Made by a program: the position numbers and the translations under genes | From: an uncultured Lentisphaerales bacterium | GTDB taxonomy: Bacteria; Verrucomicrobiota; Lentisphaeria; JABSQK01 | Direction of reading: 5' to 3' | DNA: 61,854 bases | Assembly: GCA_964384625.1 (NCBI GenBank) | Contig: CAYLNH010000009.1 | Coordinates: 1 to 61,854, forward strand | Notes under the pieces: generated by a model | What the model saw: the letters and a program-made list of their open reading frames with translations, nothing else | Databases searched by the model: none | What the model was told of the DNA's origin: nothing | Part shown: piece after piece, positions 18,151-25,505 of the stretch | Layout: every line of letters begins with the position of its first letter | How positions within the stretch are numbered: position 1 is the first letter of the stretch

Positions 18151-18906
18151 TCAGGAAACCGTCGTTTTCCAGGCAGCCAGTTTTTCGCGCTCGGACGCCA
18201 TCGACTTGAACCGCCAGCGCAGGGCCTCCCAAAGCGCCCGGAGGCCGTCGACAGCGCGGATCTTCTTGCCTTCATCCACCTGACGCGGGCGGTAGCGGAT
18301 CGGGACCTCCTTGATGCGGAAGCCGAGGCGCAGAAGCTTGGCGGTGATCTCCGGTTCCCATTCGAAGCCGTCGCCCTCGAACAACAAGGTGCGGATCAGC
18401 TCGCCGTCGAAGGTCTTGTAGCAGGTGGGTTCATCGGTCAGCCGGCAGCAGTAGAGGATGGTAAACCAGAGAGAGACCAGCATACCGCCGAAGTAGAAGG
18501 CGAAGGACGAGTGCATATGGCTGCCCTGAAAGCGTTCGCGTGACCCGTAAACGACGTGGCATTCCCCGTCGAGGATGGGCTGGATGCAGGCGCGGTAATC
18601 GTTCGGGTCGTACTCGAGGTCGGCGTCCTGGATGATCACGATGTCGCCGCTGCTTTCTTTAATGCCGGCCCGGACCGCGGCGCCCTTGCCGCCGTTTTCC
18701 CGGCTGATCAGCTTCGCCTCCAGGTCAGGATGCGCCGCAACCCAGTCGCGAATGAGCTCGAGACTGCCGTCGGTCGAGCCGTCGTTGACGATGACGATCT
18801 CGCGGGCGACCGGCAGTTCGACGCGGGCGACGAGGTCCAGCAGGTCGACGACCGTCTTCACTTCGTTGAAGACAGGGATAATGATTGACAGTCCGGCGTG
18901 GTCCAT
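18151..18906 (-). CDS. Family-2 glycosyltransferase (dolichyl-phosphate/polyprenol-phosphate hexosyltransferase-like)
   Basis: IIIPVFNE start, DxD in IIQDADLEYDP, GT-A fold signature, and one C-terminal TM (FAFYFGGMLVSLWFTILYCC). Confidence 0.8.
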   Translation of the reverse strand: MDHAGLSIIIPVFNEVKTVVDLLDLVARVELPVAREIVIVNDGSTDGSLELIRDWVAAHPDLEAKLISRENGGKGAAVRAGIKESSGDIVIIQDADLEYDPNDYRACIQPILDGECHVVYGSRERFQGSHMHSSFAFYFGGMLVSLWFTILYCCRLTDEPTCYKTFDGELIRTLLFEGDGFEWEPEITAKLLRLGFRIKEVPIRYRPRQVDEGKKIRAVDGLRALWEALRWRFKSMASEREKLAAWKTTVS

Positions 18907-19074
18907 GCGGGTTCCGGTTGTGGCCGATGTTTGGCCGTTACAGTAGCGTCAAACACGCTCCCGGCAACTGTCAGCCCTCGTCTGCTGTCCTCTGCCTTCG
19001 GCGTCGAGATCCCGCACCTGTACGGTGCGGAGTTTCAGGATCGGTCAGCTGCACCGAACAACCACCTCCGGTTC

Positions 19075-19116
19075 CCGTTTTCCTGCCGCTCCGGCCGGAG
19101 CGGCAGGAAAACGGGG
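19075..19116. repeat. Perfect 42-bp palindrome: cccgttttcctgccgctccgg | ccggagcggcaggaaaacggg
   Basis: Read directly; the reverse complement of the left arm equals the right arm exactly. Lies in the divergent intergenic region between the GT2 gene and the zinc-ribbon gene. Confidence 0.9.
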
Positions 19117-19167
19117 GAGGCGCAGTACGGGCTGCATGCCGGTGACAGATCCGCAAGGACCGCAGGT

Positions 19168-19193
19168 CCGCGACCTCTTGAGAGTCGGGGCTG
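19168..19193 (-). repeat. Copy of the dispersed hairpin repeat (core agccccgactctcaagaggtcg), present on the minus strand
   Basis: The plus strand reads ccgcgacctcttgagagtcggggctgg. Its reverse complement, ccagccccgactctcaagaggtcgcgg, matches the cores at 37130..37165 and 45883..45920. Confidence 0.7.
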
Positions 19194-19337
19194 GATGCCA
19201 AGAAGGGCAGTACACGAGGGCATACCGGCAACTGCGGCGCAGGCTTGCAAACCGCAAGCCGTTCGGTATCTTCAGGGAAGGCCGGCACGGACCGCAAGCC
19301 CGGCAGAACCACGAACCCCAAAAGCAGATCGGGACCC

Positions 19338-20978
19338 ATGGGATTACGAGTTGCACGCGAGAAATGTGAGCTGCACCCGGACCAGGACGCCACCGCCAAT
19401 TGCGGCTTCTGCGGCAAGAGCATCTGCCGCGAATGCATCGCCTTGTTCGGTTACTACTGCAGCGAGAACTGCCGGACCCAAAACCAGCAGAACGTCGCCA
19501 CGGCGAAAGCCGGCAAAAGCGCCGCCAGTATGGCGGAGTACAAGCGGGGTATGAACGCCTTCCGCTATGTCGCCCTGGCGATCGTCGCCCTGATCGTCAT
19601 CGCCGTCGGCTTCGGGATGTATCGGCTGCTCCTTGATCCGGCCGGCAAAAAGGCCTGGGAATGGGGCGGCGGCCTCGAGGCGAACCCCGTGCTGATTGGG
19701 GCGGCCGACGGCAACTTCCACGTTGTCGCCGGCGATAAACTGTACGCCCTGAAGCTGCGCAACGGCCGCGTCGTCGCCGCCGGCGACGCCGGCAGATTGA
19801 GCGGCTTGGACTCCCTGCAGTTCGCCGGAGACAGCATCGTCGGCGTCAGCTCCATGCGTATCTGCCGGGCCGGCATGGACGGCACGAACCAGGTTCACCT
19901 CGAACTGGACGCGGTACCGGAGGGCCTGCCGATCGTCAGCGGCGACGGCGCCCGGGCCTACTACGTCAGCCGCAAACGGCGGCGACGAGACGACGCGGGC
20001 ACGGGCTTTCGCATGCAGCTGCACACGCTGGATCTGGTGACCGGCAAGGAACTGGGGGTTGAAACGATCAGCAGCCGGCCGGAGCGGGTCACGCTCCTCG
20101 GCGGCCGGGACGACGACGTCGTGATTTACGCCGGGCGCGAATCCACCGACCAGGCGGCGGCAAAGGACAAGCGCCGCCGGATATTCGGGCGGCAGTACGA
20201 TTGGACGCTGGAACTGGTCAACTGCAAAACCGGCAAGGTCCGGCGGCGCACCTCGTTGAGCCGCCGGCCGGAGGAAACGCCGCAATATGCCGGCGGCTGG
20301 GTGTCGTTCATCGTCAAGGACACGCTGTATGCGGTCAACCTGTTCGCCAGGAAACAGCGGAAATTCAAGATCAAGGTCGGCGAATACTCCGTGCCGGAGC
20401 ACCTGTTGTGCGACGAGGAGATCTTCGTCCTGTACAACGCCGGCATGGTCTGTCTGGACCTGGCAACCGGCAAAGAGACATGGAAGGTCCCGCTGGGCGC
20501 TGATCCCGACGACATGGTCGTGCTGGACGACCGGATCGTTCTTATCGGTGCCCGCAGCGAATCCAAGGACTTCGATGTGAGTAAGATGCCGGGGTTCAAT
20601 CAGGCGCCGGACGTGGTCAAGGACTTCGGCATCGGCAAGGGCGCCAAAATCGAACGCGCCGTTCCGGTCCTGGCCGCGATCCGCCGCGAGAACGGCAAGC
20701 CCCTGTGGCAGGTTGAAAACGTACGCGGCAACCTGCTGGCCGACGACGACCGGGTGGCGCTGATCGCTGATGTGGCGCAGACCAGCAACATCGGGTTCTT
20801 CAAGGAAGGCGCCGAGCTGTATGTGCGCCAGTTCGACCCGGACTCCGGCAAGAAGCTCTATGAACGCACCACCAAGGGACTGGCCGTCGAAAACCTGCGG
20901 CTCTGCGGCAACCGCGCCGTCGGCACCCGCATCCGGAAAGACGGCAAAACCACCATCGTCGCCATCCGTCTGCGTTGA
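19338..20978 (+). CDS. Membrane protein with an N-terminal cytoplasmic zinc-ribbon, one TM helix and a large extracytoplasmic repeat/beta-propeller-like domain
   Basis: Four-Cys ribbon CELHPDQDATANCGFCGKSICRECIALFGYYCSENC, then the TM FRYVALAIVALIVIAVGFGMY, then about 430 aa with repeated hydrophobic/Gly/Asp blades (VVAGDKLYAL, VIYAG, LYAVN, VLYNAG, LIGAR) suggesting a PQQ-like propeller. The start at Met 32 of the track ORF (MGLRVAREKCELH) is preferred. Confidence 0.55.
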   Translation: MGLRVAREKCELHPDQDATANCGFCGKSICRECIALFGYYCSENCRTQNQQNVATAKAGKSAASMAEYKRGMNAFRYVALAIVALIVIAVGFGMYRLLLDPAGKKAWEWGGGLEANPVLIGAADGNFHVVAGDKLYALKLRNGRVVAAGDAGRLSGLDSLQFAGDSIVGVSSMRICRAGMDGTNQVHLELDAVPEGLPIVSGDGARAYYVSRKRRRRDDAGTGFRMQLHTLDLVTGKELGVETISSRPERVTLLGGRDDDVVIYAGRESTDQAAAKDKRRRIFGRQYDWTLELVNCKTGKVRRRTSLSRRPEETPQYAGGWVSFIVKDTLYAVNLFARKQRKFKIKVGEYSVPEHLLCDEEIFVLYNAGMVCLDLATGKETWKVPLGADPDDMVVLDDRIVLIGARSESKDFDVSKMPGFNQAPDVVKDFGIGKGAKIERAVPVLAAIRRENGKPLWQVENVRGNLLADDDRVALIADVAQTSNIGFFKEGAELYVRQFDPDSGKKLYERTTKGLAVENLRLCGNRAVGTRIRKDGKTTIVAIRLR

Positions 20979-21216
20979 GGGAATTCCGCCTGGAGACGTC
21001 CCTCCGCCGCTGCGGCGCGGCCGGCATGGAATACCTGCTGCTGACTTTTTTTGCGGCCCGACGGCCGCGTCATGATGATCTGGTTTGTGTTTGAATCCGG
21101 TTGGAGGACGGTTCGTGGATGCTGATCGCGAGAACGTGCTGAAAGGCCTCCTGCAGCCGTTGCTGCGGCAGTCGATTGTGCCGCATGCGGCAGACAGCCC
21201 GGCGGAAACGGCGGAT

Positions 21217-22131
21217 ATGGTCTGCCCGCGGTGCCACCGGTTTTTCACCTGGTCGGGGATGCAGTTGGACGCGGCCGGCTTCCACCTGATCTGCCGGGAC
21301 TGCCGCACGGCCGAGGCGACCGCCGCCCGCAAACGGCGACCGCTGCGCCTCCTCCGTCATCCCGGCGTGTACGTCGTCCTGATTGTCTTGACGGCCGGCC
21401 TGCTCTGGCTGGGCGGTGCCGGTCGAATCGACCCGGACGAGCTGAAAGAGGCCGACAAACAACGGCCGTGGTACCTGCAGGAGTATGCCGGGCTGATCCT
21501 GGAACGGGCCGGCGCAGCCAAACGGCGGACCGACTTTCTGGTCGCCGAAGAACGCACCGACGCGATTCCGCGATGGGCCGAACTCGGAGAGGCATCATTC
21601 CGGGAACTGGCCGAGCTCTGGCGGGAGACGCCGGCAAAGCCCGATCTGCTGCTCGGCGCCGCGTTGATGCGGGCGGCCCGCGGGGAAAACCGGCAGGCCT
21701 ATGCTGAAGCCGCCGCGCTCACCGGGCACTACGGCGAGCGCAGCCCGGTTTACCCCGGCTATCACTTCATCTGCGGCCGCCTCGCCCTGGCGGCCGGCGA
21801 CAAAAATGCCGCCCGCAAACACCTCGAACGTGTCCTCGGCGCGGCGGCGCAGCCCCGCGACCTCGTTGCCGCCGCCGGCAGGCTGATGGGGGTGGCGCAC
21901 GCGCTGTCCGACGATCCGCAGGCCTACATGAAACGCGAGAAAGTCTGGCTGGCGGTCGGGCTGCCGTCCATGCCGATGGGGCTGCTCGAGCCCACTCTGG
22001 AGCTGATGGCTGACCATCGCATCGCCTCGAAGATGGCGGCGGAGATCGAAACGGAGCTCGGCCGCAATGTCAGCGTGCCGAATGACGGCGAAGACGCGCC
22101 GGACCTGGTGATTGAAGACCTGGAGGACTAG
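21217..22131 (+). CDS. Membrane protein with an N-terminal zinc-ribbon (CxxC...CxxC) and a single TM, anti-sigma-factor-like topology
   Basis: MVCPRCHRFFTWSGMQLDAAGFHLICRDCR ribbon, then the TM VYVVLIVLTAGLLWLGG, then a helical, TPR-like extracytoplasmic domain. Its stop (22129-22131) is 1 nt before the rhomboid ATG. Confidence 0.5.
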   Translation: MVCPRCHRFFTWSGMQLDAAGFHLICRDCRTAEATAARKRRPLRLLRHPGVYVVLIVLTAGLLWLGGAGRIDPDELKEADKQRPWYLQEYAGLILERAGAAKRRTDFLVAEERTDAIPRWAELGEASFRELAELWRETPAKPDLLLGAALMRAARGENRQAYAEAAALTGHYGERSPVYPGYHFICGRLALAAGDKNAARKHLERVLGAAAQPRDLVAAAGRLMGVAHALSDDPQAYMKREKVWLAVGLPSMPMGLLEPTLELMADHRIASKMAAEIETELGRNVSVPNDGEDAPDLVIEDLED

Positions 22132-22132
22132 C

Positions 22133-23296
22133 ATGCTGATCCCCTACGAAGTCGAGCATGACCCGCACAACGCCCAGGAGAGCGCGTGGCTGGTGTACCT
22201 GTTCCTGTTCGGCTGGTTCCTGGTCTGGGTCTACACCGGCATGATGCTGCGCGGGCCGGCGCAGCAGGACGTCTTCTATCGGTTCGGCATTTCCCGGTTC
22301 GAATACCGCTGGTGGACGTTTTTCACCTGCAGCTTCCTGCACGGCGGATTCATGCACCTGCTCGGCAACAGCCTGTTCTTCTGGCTTTACGGCGCCAGCC
22401 TGGAGAAGCTCGTGGGTTCGTTCAAGTTCCTGTTGCTCTACCTGGTCGGCGCGTTCCTGAGTGTGAACATTCAGATCCTGACGATGAACGAGCTGCAGGC
22501 GTACGAACCGTGCATCGGCGCCTCGGGCGCGGTCTCGGCGATCCTCGGCTGCTTCTTCGTGATGCTGCCGCGGGCCCGGCTGCGCTGTCTCTTCTTCTCG
22601 CCGATCAGCTTCCGGCCGATCATGATCCTGGCGCCGGCCTGGCTGGTGCTGGGCCTCTGGTTCGGCGGGCAGCTGCTGTTCACCCTGGGCGTCATGGGGG
22701 CGATGCCGAAGATCGCCTTCTGGGCGCACGTCGCCGGCTTCGCCGCCGGCGCGGCCGCGGGCACCCTGCTCAACCTGGATCGTCGGCGCCGGCTGCGACG
22801 GTGGTCGGCCCGGGCCAAGACACCGATGCAGACCGCCTGGAGCCACTGGATTGCCGGCCGCCCGCTGCCGGCGCAAACCGTCCTGGACGAGAATCCGCAG
22901 GTCCATCCGGACGCCCGGGCAACCCGGACCTTTATGGAGGCGGCCCTGAGCCTGGCGCAGAACCCGGGCCGGGCCGGACCCCTGCTCAAGGCATTCCGCC
23001 AGGCCAGCGATTATCACAACGACGCCCTGCAGGTCTCGCTCTACCTCCGGATGATCCGGTCTCTGGACCCCGGCGACGTGCCGCCGGCGATCCATCGCCA
23101 AGCCGGCTTCGCCGCGATCACTCAGAAGCAGGACGACCTGGCGCTCACCGCCTTCTGCCGCTCGCTCGGCGTTGAACTGCACGACCGCGACGATCAGATG
23201 CTCCAGGGCCTGGAAACCATGTTCGCCGAACGACGGCGGAACCCGGCGCTCGTCGCCGCTGTGAAACAACTCCGCCGGCCGCAGACCGGCGGGTAA
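22133..23296 (+). CDS. Rhomboid-family intramembrane serine protease with a C-terminal soluble extension
   Basis: FLHGGFMHLLGNSLFFWLYG (rhomboid HxxxN region), the GASGAV catalytic Ser motif (GxSG), a downstream His in AFWAHVAGFAAG, and 6 TM segments. The C-terminal ~150 aa is a non-membrane, TPR-like extension. Confidence 0.8.
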   Translation: MLIPYEVEHDPHNAQESAWLVYLFLFGWFLVWVYTGMMLRGPAQQDVFYRFGISRFEYRWWTFFTCSFLHGGFMHLLGNSLFFWLYGASLEKLVGSFKFLLLYLVGAFLSVNIQILTMNELQAYEPCIGASGAVSAILGCFFVMLPRARLRCLFFSPISFRPIMILAPAWLVLGLWFGGQLLFTLGVMGAMPKIAFWAHVAGFAAGAAAGTLLNLDRRRRLRRWSARAKTPMQTAWSHWIAGRPLPAQTVLDENPQVHPDARATRTFMEAALSLAQNPGRAGPLLKAFRQASDYHNDALQVSLYLRMIRSLDPGDVPPAIHRQAGFAAITQKQDDLALTAFCRSLGVELHDRDDQMLQGLETMFAERRRNPALVAAVKQLRRPQTGG

Positions 23297-23361
23297 AGCA
23301 AAACCGCAGCAAGCGGGGAACGCGGAAAGAGCAGGCGGGCTTTGACAGCTGCCTCCGCCCG

Positions 23362-24219
23362 CTACAGCAGCGCGGAACGGCGCCGGTACGCGCTGGCCGT
23401 CAAACCATGGGCCTGACGGAAAAGCCGGGCGAAGTAACGCGGGTCCTCGAGACCAACCCGCCGGCTGACCTCGCTGATCGGCAGCAACGTCGTCTGCAGC
23501 AACTCCGCGGCGCGTCGTAAACGTTGCTTCTGCAGCCACAGTTTCGGCGTCGTGCCAAGGTGCTGCCGGAACAGCCGGAACAGGGTCGGGGCACTGCGGC
23601 CGGCCGCCCGGGCCAGGTCCTCGATCTCCAACGGCTCGCCCAGATTGTCGTCGAGGAACTGCAGAACCCGACGCAGCGGCGCCGGCAACGCCGCCGGCCG
23701 GCCGCTGCGATCCCACGCCAGCCACTCGCGGATCAACTGACGCGCCAGGTCCCAGGCGACCTCCCGCGTCGGCCCGCGCATGAACCACTGCACGATATAC
23801 TCCCCCAGATGCTCCAGCGCCGGCCATTGCGCAAAATGCCCCGCCCGGACCCGCTCAAACCCCGGCAGCGGCACGTCCGCCCGCCGGCTGCTGTCCGCCA
23901 GCGGCTGCGACGGATCGTGGCGAACCCGGAATACCAGGTGCTCGCCCGCCGTCAGCGACGGCACAAGATGAACGCCCGCCAGCACGAACGGATGCCGCTG
24001 CGCCGCCCGGTAATGAACCGCGTGATGCCACGGCAGAATCAGGAACTGACCCGGCTCGAAATCAAAGGCGGTGCCGTTCACCCGAACCAGTCCACGCCCC
24101 TGCCGGCACCACAGCAGCATGCGGCTCTCAACGCAATCCGAACCGCCCGCGCGCCCCGGAGAAAAGGTCGCGTAATTCGCGTACAACACCATCGCATGCC
24201 GAAACCGGTCCTGCAACAA
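23362..24219 (-). CDS. AraC-family transcriptional regulator (cupin sensor plus HTH)
   Basis: C-terminal AraC HTH: LEIEDLARAAGRSAPTLFRLFRQHLGTTPKLWLQKQRLRRAAELLQTTLLPISEVSRRVGLEDPRYFARLFRQAHGLTASAY. Confidence 0.8.
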   Translation of the reverse strand: MLQDRFRHAMVLYANYATFSPGRAGGSDCVESRMLLWCRQGRGLVRVNGTAFDFEPGQFLILPWHHAVHYRAAQRHPFVLAGVHLVPSLTAGEHLVFRVRHDPSQPLADSSRRADVPLPGFERVRAGHFAQWPALEHLGEYIVQWFMRGPTREVAWDLARQLIREWLAWDRSGRPAALPAPLRRVLQFLDDNLGEPLEIEDLARAAGRSAPTLFRLFRQHLGTTPKLWLQKQRLRRAAELLQTTLLPISEVSRRVGLEDPRYFARLFRQAHGLTASAYRRRSALL

Positions 24220-24230
24220 GACGACACCTC

Positions 24231-24284
24231 AATGCAAGTATTGGCCGATAATATGTCGATAATGATAGAATAATGCAAGTATTG
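24231..24284. promoter_or_regulatory. Direct repeats of aatgcaagtattg (2 copies, 41 bp centre to centre) in an AT-rich divergent promoter; candidate AraC operator half-sites
   Basis: Read directly: caATGCAAGTATTGgccgataatatgtcgataatgatagaataATGCAAGTATTGatt. Lies between the AraC gene (minus) and the URO-D-like gene (plus). Confidence 0.45.
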
Positions 24285-24363
24285 ATTATCTGCTCCAGCG
24301 GCTGAGTTGCGGCTGGCGACGTCTGTTTCTTTGTCTGCAGAACGAATCAAGCCCCGGAGCTCG

Positions 24364-25458
24364 ACCATGGAAACACTGCGCCGCAACGAAACGATGACAT
24401 CGAAGGAGCGGGTCCGCGCGACCTTTGCCTTCGAAGCGACCGACCGGGTCCCGATCGGCTATGCCGCCAACCCCGGCATTGACCGGCGGCTGCGCGAGTA
24501 CTTCGGGGTCGGCGACGACGGCGCGGCGCTGCGGGACCTCCTTGGCGTTGACTTCCGGCCGGTGGGACCGCCTTACACGGGCGCCCGCCTGCATGCCGAA
24601 ATCCCCGGCCGCCGGGTTCACCCGTTGACGGGATGGCATACCCGCTATGTCGAACACGACAGCGGCGGTTACTGGGACTACTGCGATTTTCCGCTGCGCG
24701 ATGCCGCCGTCGATTCGATCCTGGCCTGGCCGCTGCCGGACCCGGACGACTACGACTACGCGGCGGTCGCCGGGCAGTGCGCGGCGAACCGGGCATACGG
24801 CGTCCACCTCGGCGGCGCGGGGTTGGCCTGCATCATCAACACCGCCGGTTTTCTCCGCAGCATGGAACAGGTTTTCATCGATCTGGCTACGGATGATGAA
24901 GCGGGGCTGCTGCTGATCGACCGCCTGCTCGACGTCGACTACGAAATCACGAAGCGCACTCTGGAAGCGGCCCGCACGGGCATCGATTTCATGTGGATCG
25001 GCGAGGATCTCGGCACGCAGGACGGGCCGATTATCAGTATGCCGACCTTCGACAAACACATCCGCCCGCGGCACCAGCGTTTTCTTGACCTCGCCCGGAC
25101 ATACGACCTGCCGACGATGATGCACACCTGCGGCTCCAGCAGCTGGGCTTACGAACGCTACATCGAGATGGGTCTCAACGCCGTGGACACGCTGCAGCCG
25201 GAAGCCGCCGACATGTCGCCGCGCTATCTCAAGGATACCTTCGGCGGGCGGCTCGCCTTCAAGGGGTGCATCAGCACCGCCGGCCCGGTGGCCTGCGGCA
25301 GTGTCGACGAGGTCGTCGCCAACGTCAAGGAGACACTCGCAATCATGATGCCCGGCGGCGGTTATTTCCTGTCGCCGACGCATCAGTTGCAGGACAACAG
25401 TCCGACCGAGAATGTGGTGGCCATGTACCGGACCGCCCACCAATGCGGGCGGGGCTGA
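24364..25458 (+). CDS. Uroporphyrinogen-decarboxylase (URO-D)-like family protein (MtaA/CmuA-type methyltransferase-like), not the HemE orthologue
   Basis: URO-D-like TIM barrel features (GEDLGTQDGPIISMPTFDKHIRP ... MMHTCGSSS ... TLQPEA ... SPTHQLQ) but lacks the HemE N-terminal PIWxMRQAGR motif found in the true hemE at 44562..45608. Start taken at METLRRN. Confidence 0.6.
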   Translation, partial: TMETLRRNETMTSKERVRATFAFEATDRVPIGYAANPGIDRRLREYFGVGDDGAALRDLLGVDFRPVGPPYTGARLHAEIPGRRVHPLTGWHTRYVEHDSGGYWDYCDFPLRDAAVDSILAWPLPDPDDYDYAAVAGQCAANRAYGVHLGGAGLACIINTAGFLRSMEQVFIDLATDDEAGLLLIDRLLDVDYEITKRTLEAARTGIDFMWIGEDLGTQDGPIISMPTFDKHIRPRHQRFLDLARTYDLPTMMHTCGSSSWAYERYIEMGLNAVDTLQPEAADMSPRYLKDTFGGRLAFKGCISTAGPVACGSVDEVVANVKETLAIMMPGGGYFLSPTHQLQDNSPTENVVAMYRTAHQCGRG

Positions 25459-25505
25459 TTCCGGTCGGCGGTCGTGACGACCGCCGGGAGTCGCCGCCGG
25501 GCCGA

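Noticed and set aside
19344-21332. 662-aa minus-strand ORF spanning the zinc-ribbon genes
   Set aside because: The translation is Arg/Gly/Ala/Pro-dominated and crosses an intergenic region. The plus-strand products have coherent ribbon, TM and repeat-domain organisation and normal composition.
22070-23827. 585-aa minus-strand ORF antisense to the rhomboid gene and extending into the AraC gene
   Set aside because: Extreme Arg/Pro/Gly bias and no fold signature. The rhomboid catalytic motifs on the plus strand are decisive.
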